Below the pieces are notes generated by a model. The model did no database searches. It was not told the DNA's origin and saw only the letters and a list, made by a program, of their open reading frames with translations. DNA of 64,000 bases, from assembly GCA_041690355.1 (NCBI GenBank), contig JAWLHK010000006.1, positions 1-64,000 on the forward strand, given 5' to 3'. This document shows, piece after piece, positions 26,880-36,326 of the stretch. Origin of the DNA: a bacterium. Lineage in GTDB: Bacteria; J088; JAWLBW01. The translations under genes were made by a program, and so were the position numbers. Within the stretch, counting starts at the first letter, position 1. Every line of letters begins with the position of its first letter.

Positions 26880-28808
26880 GTGAAGCTTCGAAACAAGATG
26901 CCCTTGTATACCTTCATCACGGTCATGGCCGTCGGCATTGTGCTGGCCATCGCCGTGCGGATTATCGCGCACGACAAGCTGTACGAAGAAGCCCGCGGCA
27001 AGGCGACGGCCCTCTCGGGAGCCCTGGCCTACAACGCCCGGTACGGACTGCTCACGCAGGATTCAGTCATCCTCTCGGACCTGATGCGCGGGGTCATCTC
27101 GGTGCAGGAGATCGAGTTCTCGCTCTTCGCCGATGCCGAGGGCAAGGTGCTCGCGCGGCAGCTCGAACCCGGGGTCGAACTCGACGAGGCGGCGGTGCTG
27201 CAGGGACTCGCGGGGAGCGGGGAGACGTCACGCATCGAAATCGACTCGCACCTCATCGTGCGCACCCCCGTGTTCAGCGAGGTTTACGATCCGTTCGCCG
27301 AGAACATGCAGGGCGGCGTCGATGCCGACGCCCCGAAGAAACCGATCGGCTACGCCGTCGTGGGTATCACGCTGGCCGGCGTCGCCGAGCGGGTCGGTTC
27401 CATGATGACGCTCATCCTGCTCATCGTCGCGGCCTCGGCCGTCGTCTTCGCGGCCTTCCAGAGCTACCTGGCCCGCCGGGAGCTGCTCCCCCTCGACGAT
27501 ATGGAACTGGCCGCCTCGCGCATCGCCGACGGTGACTTCACGGCGCGCGTGAATGTGAGCGGCAACGATGAAATCGGCCGTCTGGGCGACATCTTCAACC
27601 GCATGGCCATGAGTCTCGAGAACATCGTCGGCAGCGTGCAGACGACCTCCGACAAGGTCGCCGCCGAAGCCGAACGCATCAGCCGGGCGGCCCGCGACGT
27701 GCTGCAGGGATCGAAGGTGCAGGCCCAGGCTTCGGAAGAGACCAGCAGCTCGATGGAAGAAATCGCGGTCCAGATCATTACCGTCGCCGGCAACGCCGAG
27801 CGCCTGAGCGCCAACGTGGGCGACACCTCGAGCTCCATCGAAGAGATGGGGGCGAGCATCGAGCAGATCTCGAGGAACACGGACCTGCTCGCGCGCAGCG
27901 TCGAGGTCGCCAGCAGCACCGTCGAAGAGATGCTCGGCAGCATCAACGAGGTCGCGACGAACGTCGAAGAAGCCGAAAAGACCAGCGGTCGGGCGGCCGA
28001 AGAGGCCGCCGTCAGCGGAAACTCGGTCCTGCGCACGGTCGAGCGCATGCGCAAGATCGCCGGCACGATGGAAGGGACGGCCGGCGTCATTCAGACGCTG
28101 GGCGAGCGCGGGGGCGAGATTGAGAAGATCATCGGCGTCATCGAAGACATCGCCGACCAGACCAATCTGCTGGCCCTGAACGCGGCCATCGAAGCTGCGC
28201 GCGCCGGTGACGCCGGGCGCGGGTTCGCGGTCGTCGCCGACGAGGTGCGCAAACTGGCCGAGCGGTCGGTGGCGGCCACCAAGGAGATCGGGCGCGTCAT
28301 CAGCGAGGTCGTGCGCGACACCGAGAAGGCCGTGCTCGCCTCGCGCGAGGGGGTCGAAGAGACCAAGGCCGGCATCCGCATCGCAGACGAGGCCGTGGCC
28401 GCCATCGAGCGCATCCGCGAGAGCGTCGACGGCACGTCGCGCATCATGCGCGAGATACTCGTCGCCACGCAGGCCCAGCGCGACGCGAGCAAGCACGTCA
28501 CCTCGGCCATGATGGACATGAACCGCATCACCGGCGAAGTCCGGGCGGCGACGGCCGAGCAGGCCCGCGGTTCGGCCCAGATCGTACGCTCGGTCGAGGA
28601 GATGCGCCAGCAGACCGACGAAGTCAAGATGGCGACCGAAGAGCAGAAGCGCGGCGGCGAAATGGTCGTCGCTGCCATCGAGAACATCTCGGCCATCGCC
28701 CGCGACAACCTGCGCGCCATGGAAGAGATGAACACGATCGCCTCGGGCCTCACCGAAGAGAGCGAGAACCTGCGCAACTTCCTGCAGACGCTGCGGGCCA
28801 AGGGCTGA
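26880..28808 (+). CDS. Methyl-accepting chemotaxis protein
   Basis: Two TM helices, HAMP (DEIGRLG..FNRM), [38 protein letters not shown] start. Confidence 0.95.
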   Translation: MKLRNKMPLYTFITVMAVGIVLAIAVRIIAHDKLYEEARGKATALSGALAYNARYGLLTQDSVILSDLMRGVISVQEIEFSLFADAEGKVLARQLEPGVELDEAAVLQGLAGSGETSRIEIDSHLIVRTPVFSEVYDPFAENMQGGVDADAPKKPIGYAVVGITLAGVAERVGSMMTLILLIVAASAVVFAAFQSYLARRELLPLDDMELAASRIADGDFTARVNVSGNDEIGRLGDIFNRMAMSLENIVGSVQTTSDKVAAEAERISRAARDVLQGSKVQAQASEETSSSMEEIAVQIITVAGNAERLSANVGDTSSSIEEMGASIEQISRNTDLLARSVEVASSTVEEMLGSINEVATNVEEAEKTSGRAAEEAAVSGNSVLRTVERMRKIAGTMEGTAGVIQTLGERGGEIEKIIGVIEDIADQTNLLALNAAIEAARAGDAGRGFAVVADEVRKLAERSVAATKEIGRVISEVVRDTEKAVLASREGVEETKAGIRIADEAVAAIERIRESVDGTSRIMREILVATQAQRDASKHVTSAMMDMNRITGEVRAATAEQARGSAQIVRSVEEMRQQTDEVKMATEEQKRGGEMVVAAIENISAIARDNLRAMEEMNTIASGLTEESENLRNFLQTLRAKG

Positions 28809-28827
28809 GCGGGCGGGGAGCGCGTAC

Positions 28828-31080
28828 GTGGCCGTTATGGAATCCGATCCGCGGGATGAAGCCGCCCGCTGCCGGGATGCAGAGGCGCTTGCCGGCCGGC
28901 AGGACGACGAGGCGTTCAACCTGCTGCTCGACGCCGCGCGCGACGAGTCGTGGCGCGTGCGCGAGCGCGCCGTGCGTCTGCTGACGGCTTTTCCGGCACG
29001 GCGGCTCGTCGCCTGCGTGCGCGACACGGTGACGGGTACGCGGGAGCCTTCGCTGCGCAACGTGGCCATGGACGCCCTGGTGCGCCAGGGTGAAGGATCC
29101 GTCGCCGAGGTCGTGACCCTGCTCGCCGAAGAAAACTGGGAGATGCGGCTGCACGGCGCCGTCATGCTGGGTAACATCCGCTCGCCGCTCGCCATCGACG
29201 CGCTCTGCCGGCTGCTCGGCGACGAAGAAGAGAACGTCATTCATGCCGCCGCGGAGTCGCTGGGCGAAATTGGCGATCCGCGGGCGGTTATTCCCCTCAC
29301 CGAGGTGCTGAGCTCGCATGAGTTCTGGTCGCAGTATCCGGCCATCGTGGCCCTGGGCAAGATCGCCCATCACAGCTCGACCGAGCATCTGCTCGCCTAT
29401 CTGAATGACGAGATGCTTGCGCCGGCGGTCGTCGACGCGCTCGGACGGGTAGCCGATCCGCGCGCGCTCACGCCGCTGCTGCAATTGCTTCCCGCCGACG
29501 ATGCGCCCCCCTTTGTTCCGTACCCGCAGCTGATTCGCGCTCTGGTGCGCATCACGGCCGTGGCCGGCGAAAGCTGGACGCTCGCCGATGCCCTGCGCGC
29601 CCCGATGCGCAGAGCGGTGCGCGAGGCGCTGCGCGGCGAAGAGGCCGAGGATCGCATCGCGGCGCTGCTCGTCGCCGGCTGGACGGCCGATGCGGAACTG
29701 ATTCCCGACATGCTGCCGTCGCTCGAGCACGACGGTGAACAGGACGCGGCGGCTCGCGCCCTCTCGGGCATGGGCGAGGCCATCGTGCCCGCCCTCGAGC
29801 CGCTGCTTTCGGCGCCCCTCGCGTCGGTGCGCCGGCTCGCCGTGCAGCTGCTGTCTGCCGCCGGCCATGTGGAGCCGATTCTGCGCCTCATCATCGACCC
29901 CGACGAGGCCGTGCGCATGGAAATCGCGCTGGCGGTCGGCAACAGCGGCCGGGCCGAACTGAGCGAGTACGTGCTCGAGATGCTGCTCGACGAAAGCGAC
30001 GAAGTGCGCAGTGTGGCGCTCGAGGTCATCGCGCGCTTTCAGAGCGACGACCGGGTGCGCGAACAGCTCTATCATCGTCTCGAATACTTTCCCGACGACC
30101 ACCTGCCGACCATTGTCGAGACGCTCGGCCGCCTTGCCGTCGCCGACGCGCTGCCGCGCCTCGAACCGCTGCTGGGCGTCGAGCGTGATCCCGCCGTGCG
30201 CGCGGCCGCGGTGCGGGCGGTGAGCGCCATCGGCGCGGCGGGTGATAAGGCGGCGGCGGCGCGCGACGCCCTCCTGCCGCTGGCCGGCGACGCCGACCCC
30301 GATGTGCGCTACGAGGTGCTGCGCGCGCTCGATCGCTTTCAGGGCGAGGCGGTTTTTGCCGCACTCAGCCGCGGTATCGACGACCCCGAACTTCACTGCG
30401 CCTACGCCGCCGTCAGCGCGCTCGGCCACGTCGGCGACGAACGGGCCGCGCCGCTGCTCGAACGCGCCGCCCTGCGGGCCGACGCCGACATGGGGCTGCG
30501 CGTTGCGGCCGTGGGGGCGCTCGGGCGCATTCAGGCCGAAAGCTCCACCTCTGCGCTGCTCGATCTGCTGGCCGTCGATGACGCCGACGTGCGCCGCGAA
30601 GTGACGCGGGCGCTCAGCCGCATTCCCGGACCCCGGGCGCTCGATGGGCTGCGGCGGGCGGCGGCCGATCCGTTCTGGGGGGTTCGTGCGCTGGCCATCC
30701 GCGCGCTCGCGTCGCGGGGCGAGGCCGGGCGCGAACTGGTGCTCGCCGCCCTGAGCGACGAGGATTCTCTGGTTCGCAAGGCGGGCGTGCGCGGATTGCA
30801 GGAGGCTGGCCTCGCGGCCGTCGATCGACTCATCCCGCTGCTCAGCGACGACGATCTGGAAGAAACGGTGGCCGACACGCTGGCGACCTTCGGGCCGGCC
30901 CTGCTCGAGCGCATCGGCGAGGCGGGCGCCCAGGCAGATCCGGTGGTGCGCATCCGGCTCGCCCGGCTTCTCGGGCGCATCGGGGGCGAGAAGGCCCGCC
31001 GCCAGCTCGATGGATTGTCGCGCGACGCCGTCGCCGAAGTGGCTGCCGTGGCCCAGCGCGAACTGGCGGGAGAAGGCTGA
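28828..31080 (+). CDS. HEAT-repeat (PBS lyase-like) protein
   Basis: Many repeats of D....VR..A..ALG.IGD.RA...L..L across ~750 aa. Confidence 0.9.
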   Translation: MAVMESDPRDEAARCRDAEALAGRQDDEAFNLLLDAARDESWRVRERAVRLLTAFPARRLVACVRDTVTGTREPSLRNVAMDALVRQGEGSVAEVVTLLAEENWEMRLHGAVMLGNIRSPLAIDALCRLLGDEEENVIHAAAESLGEIGDPRAVIPLTEVLSSHEFWSQYPAIVALGKIAHHSSTEHLLAYLNDEMLAPAVVDALGRVADPRALTPLLQLLPADDAPPFVPYPQLIRALVRITAVAGESWTLADALRAPMRRAVREALRGEEAEDRIAALLVAGWTADAELIPDMLPSLEHDGEQDAAARALSGMGEAIVPALEPLLSAPLASVRRLAVQLLSAAGHVEPILRLIIDPDEAVRMEIALAVGNSGRAELSEYVLEMLLDESDEVRSVALEVIARFQSDDRVREQLYHRLEYFPDDHLPTIVETLGRLAVADALPRLEPLLGVERDPAVRAAAVRAVSAIGAAGDKAAAARDALLPLAGDADPDVRYEVLRALDRFQGEAVFAALSRGIDDPELHCAYAAVSALGHVGDERAAPLLERAALRADADMGLRVAAVGALGRIQAESSTSALLDLLAVDDADVRREVTRALSRIPGPRALDGLRRAAADPFWGVRALAIRALASRGEAGRELVLAALSDEDSLVRKAGVRGLQEAGLAAVDRLIPLLSDDDLEETVADTLATFGPALLERIGEAGAQADPVVRIRLARLLGRIGGEKARRQLDGLSRDAVAEVAAVAQRELAGEG

Positions 31081-31081
31081 G

Positions 31082-31933
31082 ATGTATTATTACCCGTCTA
31101 CCCGCGAACTGCCGATGACCGAGGAGGAGTTCCGCCTCCTGCGCGACTTTGTGCGCCAGCAGTTCGGCCTGTTCTATGACGATTCGAAGCTGCAGCTGTT
31201 CAAGAACCGGCTGCTCCCGCGGGTCGCCGCGCTCGGTCTGACGACCTTCGACGAATACTACCACTACCTCCGCTTCAATCCCGGCCGCGCCGAAGAGATG
31301 CGCAAGATGGTCAGCCACCTGACCAACAACGAGACTTACTTCTTCCGCGAGATGAAGCAGCTCGAACTGTTCCGCGACCAGCTGCTCCCCACCGTGGCCG
31401 CCCGCCGCAAGGGTACCATCCGGGTGCTGAGCGCGGGCTGCTCGAGCGGCGAAGAGCCGTATACGCTGGCCATGCTGGCGCACGAGAAGCTCGGGCTCTT
31501 CCCCCGCAGCCGCGTCGAGATCGTCGGCATCGACGTCGACGACAAGGTGCTCGAAAAGGCGCGTCTGGGGCAGTACTTCAAGTCAAGCTTCCGCGCGACC
31601 GACCCACTGGTGATCCACCGCTACTTCCAGGCCCAGGGCGAGGCCCGCGTCGTGCGTGAGTCCATCCGCAGCAGCGTGCGGTTCGAGTGGGCGAACCTGG
31701 TCGACTTCTCGACGCTGCGCGGCCTGGGGCAGTTCGACATCGTTCTCTGCCGCAACGTCATCATCTACTTCGAGGATCCGACCATACGCAAGGTGGTCGA
31801 AGGGTTCTACCGGCTGCTGGCCGAAGACGGCTACCTGCTGCTGGGACACTCCGAATCGCTTGCGCGCATCACCGATCTCTTCGAGGCAGAGCGCCACCCC
31901 GGAACGTTCGCCTACCGCAAGGTGCTGCTGTGA
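31082..31933 (+). CDS. cheR: Chemotaxis methyltransferase CheR
   Basis: TNNETYFFRE, SAGCSSGEEPY, CRNVIIYF, GHSE. Confidence 0.95.
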   Translation: MYYYPSTRELPMTEEEFRLLRDFVRQQFGLFYDDSKLQLFKNRLLPRVAALGLTTFDEYYHYLRFNPGRAEEMRKMVSHLTNNETYFFREMKQLELFRDQLLPTVAARRKGTIRVLSAGCSSGEEPYTLAMLAHEKLGLFPRSRVEIVGIDVDDKVLEKARLGQYFKSSFRATDPLVIHRYFQAQGEARVVRESIRSSVRFEWANLVDFSTLRGLGQFDIVLCRNVIIYFEDPTIRKVVEGFYRLLAEDGYLLLGHSESLARITDLFEAERHPGTFAYRKVLL

Positions 31934-33021
31934 ACCCGGTGCGCGTGCTCATCGTCGACGATTCGGCCTTCATGCGCAAGGCAATCCGGCGCATGCTCGA
32001 GGCCGACCCCGAGATCGAGGTCGTCGGCGTGGCCCGCGACGGCGCCGAAGGGGTGCGCCTGGCCCGCGAGCTCGTGCCCGACCTGATCACGCTCGATTTT
32101 CAGATGCCCGACATGAACGGCCTTCGGGTCATCGAAGAGATTCTGGCCTGGCGCTCGATACCCATTCTGATGCTCTCGTCGTTCACGGCCGAGGGCTCTG
32201 AGGTCACTCTGCGTGCCTTCGAGCTGGGCGCGCTCGACTACATTGACAAGTCGAGCGTCAAGACGCAGATGGACATCGTCAACATCGCGCCGATGCTGCG
32301 CACGAAGGTGAAGACCCTGGCCGGCATCGGCCACGAGAAGCTGGCGCGCGCCCGCGTGGCCGCCGTGCCGCAGGCTCCGCCGCCGCCGTTCGAGGCGTTC
32401 GAGGCGTCGGTGGGCGAGGGGACGTCGGCCTACGATCTGGTCGCCATCGGCTCGTCGACGGGGGGCCCGTCGGCGTTGCAGGCGATTCTGGCGGGGCTCC
32501 CGCGCGGGTTTCCGTGCCCGATCGTCATCGTGCAGCACATGCCGGCGGGGTTTACCGGACCGCTGGCCGATCGGCTGAACTCCATCTGCGAGATCCGGGT
32601 GCGCGAAGGGGCCAACGGCGACGAGCTGGCTCCGGGCACGGCCTACATCGCCCCGGCCGGCTCGCACGTGCTCATCGCCCGTCGCGGCAACGGCCTGCAG
32701 ATGCTGCTCAGCCAGAAGCCCGAAGACGCGCTGCACCGGCCGAGCGTCGATGTCCTGTTCGCGAGCGTGGCCCGTACCGTGGGCGCGGCGGCGGTCGGTG
32801 TCCTGCTCACGGGCATGGGCAAGGACGGCGCCCTCGGTCTGAAGACGCTGCGCGATCGCGGCGCCGCGACCATTGCCCAGGACGAAACCACGAGCGTCGT
32901 CTGGGGCATGCCCCGGGTCGCCGTCGAAATCGGGGCGGCGCGCGAAGTGCTCCCGCTCGGCGACATACGCGGACGCATTCTCGCCCTGGCGCGCGAACGG
33001 CGGACCGCGCCTGCTCACTGA
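31930..33021 (+). CDS. cheB: Chemotaxis methylesterase CheB (REC plus esterase)
   Basis: VLIVDDSAFMR, GSSTGGP, QHMP, RPSVD, LTGMGKDGA. Confidence 0.96.
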   Translation: MNPVRVLIVDDSAFMRKAIRRMLEADPEIEVVGVARDGAEGVRLARELVPDLITLDFQMPDMNGLRVIEEILAWRSIPILMLSSFTAEGSEVTLRAFELGALDYIDKSSVKTQMDIVNIAPMLRTKVKTLAGIGHEKLARARVAAVPQAPPPPFEAFEASVGEGTSAYDLVAIGSSTGGPSALQAILAGLPRGFPCPIVIVQHMPAGFTGPLADRLNSICEIRVREGANGDELAPGTAYIAPAGSHVLIARRGNGLQMLLSQKPEDALHRPSVDVLFASVARTVGAAAVGVLLTGMGKDGALGLKTLRDRGAATIAQDETTSVVWGMPRVAVEIGAAREVLPLGDIRGRILALARERRTAPAH

Positions 33022-33072
33022 GCCGGCCGCGACCGCTGGTCGACGCATCGCCCTTCGCGTTATCGTGTAAGA

Positions 33073-35124
33073 ATGGCCGAATCCGCACCCGCATCCGCAA
33101 GCCTTGACGCCGGGCCGCAGTTCCCGGCGGCCCTGCTCGAGAAGGTCGACCAGCTTCCTTCCGACCCCGGGGTCTACCTGTACAAGAGCGCGGCCGGGGC
33201 GGTAATCTACGTGGGCAAGGCCAAGAACCTCCGCTCCCGCGTGCGCAGCTACTTTCAGGCGCTGGACCCCGCGCAGTTCAAGACGGCCTTTCTCGTGCGG
33301 CGCATCGCCGACCTCGATTACATCGTCACGCGCAACGAGAAGGAGGCGTTTCTTCTCGAGAACACGCTCATCAAGAAGCACCGGCCGCGCTACAACGTGC
33401 GGCTGCGCGACGACAAGGACTACATCAGCCTGCGCATCGACCCCCGCGAACGCTGGCCCCGGGTCGAGATCGTGCGCCGTCCGACCGAGAAGGGGGTGCT
33501 GCTGTTCGGCCCGTACGCTTCAGCCGGGGCGGTGCGCGAGACACTGCAGTCGCTCCAGCGCATCTTTCCCCTGCGGCCGTGCACGAACGGCAAGTTCACG
33601 CAGTACCGGCGCCGGGGCCGTCCGTGTCTCGACTACCAGCTGAAGAAGTGCAGCGGGCCGTGCGGCGACCGGATTACGCCCGAAGAGTACCAGAAGCTCG
33701 TCGACGGCACGGCCGCCTTTCTGCGCGGGCGCAAAGGAGAACTGGTCGAGAGCCTGCAGGCGCAGATGGCCGATGCCGCTGCCGGAGAGCAGTTCGAGAA
33801 GGCGGCCCGTTTCCGCGACCAGATCCGCGCCATCGAGCAGACCCTGACGCGGCAGACCGTGGCGCGCTATTCCGGCGCCGACAGCCACGTGCTCGGGCTG
33901 GCCCGCGAGGGCGAGCGGGTGGCGATCGTCGTCCTCGAGATTGTCGACGGCCGCCTGGAGAACAAGGCCGAATTCTTTTTTCCCGATCTGCCCGAAGACG
34001 ACGACGTCATCGTGGCCGACTTTCTCTCGCAGTATTATCTGGCCGGGGCCCATGGCGACGACGATGAAATCGCGGCCGCGCGCGTCATCCCGCGCGAAGT
34101 CGTGCTGCCGCTCGAAATTCAGGGGGCCGACGTGCTGGGGGAGCTGCTCGGTGAGGCGGCCGGGAGGGTGGTGGCGCTGGTCACCCCGCAGCGGGGGGTG
34201 CGGGCCGAACTGCAGCGCATGGCCGAGAGCAACGCGGCCGAGGCCCTGCGCAAGAAGAAGGAAGAGGCCGACATCGCCGACGTTCCCCTGCAGGTGCTGC
34301 AGGAGAAGCTGCACCTGCCGCGGCTCCCCCGGCGCATCGAGTGCTTCGACATCTCGAACACGATGGGCACCGGGGCCGTGGGGAGCATGGTCGTCTTCAC
34401 CGACGGCAAACCCGATCGGTCCGCCTACCGGCGTTTCAAGATCAAGACGGTGCACCAGGCCGACGATTTCGCCATGATGGGTGAAGTGCTGCGCCGCCGC
34501 CTCAGGCGGGGGCTCGATGAGGGGCTGCTCCCCGACCTGCTCATCGTCGACGGCGGCAAGGGGCAGCTGGCCGTGGCCGTGCACGTGGCCCAGGAGCTGG
34601 GGATCGAGGGGATGGGGATCGCCGGGCTCGCCAAGTCGCGGATACTCGATGCCGACCCCTACGCGACCGAAATCAGCCGTTCCGACGAACGCCTCTTTCT
34701 CCCGAACCGCAAGAATCCGGTCATCCTGGCGCGCAACTCCTCGGCCCTGCACCTAGTGACCTTTCTGCGCGACGAGGCCCACCGTTTTGCGGTTTCGTAC
34801 CACCGCCTGATCCGGCGGAAAGGGATCAAGAGCCGGCTGGCCGACGTGCCCGGCGTGGGTCCCAAGCGCCAGCGGGCCCTGCTGCGCGCATTCGGGTCGG
34901 TGCGCGCCATGCGCGATGCCGGGGTCGACGAACTGGCCGCCGCCGAGGGAATGTCCCGCACGGCCGCCGAGCGGGTCTACGCGTTTCTCCACCCCCCTCA
35001 CGCACCCGAAGAGGCGGGCCCGCTCCCGTCCGAAGCGGGCGCCGAGACCCTCGAAAACCCCGCAGAAAGCGGCTCGGCAGAGGCCGGGAGACCGGAGGGG
35101 ACCGCCCGGCGCCCCTCCCGCTGA
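33073..35124 (+). CDS. uvrC: Excinuclease ABC subunit C
   Basis: GIY-YIG GVYL..YVGKAKNLRSRV, IECFDIS, DGGKGQL, RDEAHRFA, HhH. Confidence 0.96.
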   Translation: MAESAPASASLDAGPQFPAALLEKVDQLPSDPGVYLYKSAAGAVIYVGKAKNLRSRVRSYFQALDPAQFKTAFLVRRIADLDYIVTRNEKEAFLLENTLIKKHRPRYNVRLRDDKDYISLRIDPRERWPRVEIVRRPTEKGVLLFGPYASAGAVRETLQSLQRIFPLRPCTNGKFTQYRRRGRPCLDYQLKKCSGPCGDRITPEEYQKLVDGTAAFLRGRKGELVESLQAQMADAAAGEQFEKAARFRDQIRAIEQTLTRQTVARYSGADSHVLGLAREGERVAIVVLEIVDGRLENKAEFFFPDLPEDDDVIVADFLSQYYLAGAHGDDDEIAAARVIPREVVLPLEIQGADVLGELLGEAAGRVVALVTPQRGVRAELQRMAESNAAEALRKKKEEADIADVPLQVLQEKLHLPRLPRRIECFDISNTMGTGAVGSMVVFTDGKPDRSAYRRFKIKTVHQADDFAMMGEVLRRRLRRGLDEGLLPDLLIVDGGKGQLAVAVHVAQELGIEGMGIAGLAKSRILDADPYATEISRSDERLFLPNRKNPVILARNSSALHLVTFLRDEAHRFAVSYHRLIRRKGIKSRLADVPGVGPKRQRALLRAFGSVRAMRDAGVDELAAAEGMSRTAAERVYAFLHPPHAPEEAGPLPSEAGAETLENPAESGSAEAGRPEGTARRPSR

Positions 35125-35183
35125 TTGCACGGGCGCGACCGCCCGCCGGGCGGTATAATGTAGGTTTCCTCTCCGTACCCGAC

Positions 35184-36317
35184 ATGGCACTTTCAGGCAG
35201 CCTCCGCACAATGGAAATTTCGGAGCTGTTGCAATGGATTGCAAACAGCCAGAAAACCGGTGTGCTCACCCTGCAACGCGACCGGACGACCAAGCGTATC
35301 GGGTTCGGCGACGGCAAGGTGGTCTCGGTCGAGTCCAACGATCCGGCTGAACATCTGGGGCAGTACCTTCTGGCCTACGGCAAGATCGACGCCGAGAGCC
35401 TGAAACGGGCCTTCTCGGTGCAGGAGAAGACGGGACTGCGCCTCGGCGAGATTCTCGTGGAGGTGAACCTGCTCAAGGAGGCCGACCTCGAAGACTCGCT
35501 GCGCATTCAGGCCGTGGAGATTCTCTACAACCTGTTTCTCTGGAGCGAAGAGGGGTCGTTCACGTTCGACGACGAAGCCGAGCCGCTGCGGGCCGGGCTC
35601 GACCTCGAGCTCTCGGGCATCATCATGGAAGGGGTCTACCGCTACGACGAGTGGAAGCGGTACCGCGAGGTGTTTCCCTCCGACAACGTGGCCATCGAGT
35701 CGGCCGGCGCCTGGGAACCCGCTTCGGACGAAGATCGCCTGCTTTCGCGCCTGATCGCGCAGCGCAAGAGTATCGGGGAGATCTGCTACGAGTTTCGCAC
35801 CAGCAAGTTCAACACCTACAGCCGTCTGTACGAGCTGTACGAAAAGGGGGCCGTGCGCGTTTCGCGGCAGGAGGCCCCGTCGGCTCCCGACGCCGTGACC
35901 GCGCCGGTCGCTCCGGGCGCTGCGGGCGCCAAGGTTCCCGATCTGCATGATCTCTTCGACGAGGCCTTCGCGGCCGTGCGCGAGCGGCGCTACGAACAGG
36001 CGCTGCCGCTGCTCGAGACGGTGCAGCGGCGCGGCCGCGACGAAGGCGCCGCCCAGGACATCATCGACAAGGCAGAGCGCACGTACCGCGACATCCTGAT
36101 TACGCGCTTCATCGATCCCCACAAGATCCCCAAGGTGACCCTTCCGCCCAAGCTGCTGACCGAGAAGAAGTTCTCGTCGGCCGAGGGCTATCTCATCAGC
36201 CGCATCGACGGCACCTGGGACGTCGCCTCGATCATCCGCATCAGCCCGATTCCCGAGAGCGAGGCGCTGGGGATCTTCAAGAAGTTCATCGACGACAACA
36301 TCATCGTTCTGACCTGA
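35184..36317 (+). CDS. DUF4388 domain protein with MshEN-like motifs and TPR-like helix
   Basis: LSGSLRTMEISELLQWI..KTGVL; LGQYLL..RLGEILV; LFLW.EG.F.F; EGYLISRIDG. Confidence 0.8.
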   Translation: MALSGSLRTMEISELLQWIANSQKTGVLTLQRDRTTKRIGFGDGKVVSVESNDPAEHLGQYLLAYGKIDAESLKRAFSVQEKTGLRLGEILVEVNLLKEADLEDSLRIQAVEILYNLFLWSEEGSFTFDDEAEPLRAGLDLELSGIIMEGVYRYDEWKRYREVFPSDNVAIESAGAWEPASDEDRLLSRLIAQRKSIGEICYEFRTSKFNTYSRLYELYEKGAVRVSRQEAPSAPDAVTAPVAPGAAGAKVPDLHDLFDEAFAAVRERRYEQALPLLETVQRRGRDEGAAQDIIDKAERTYRDILITRFIDPHKIPKVTLPPKLLTEKKFSSAEGYLISRIDGTWDVASIIRISPIPESEALGIFKKFIDDNIIVLT

Positions 36318-36326
36318 CAGCTTTCT

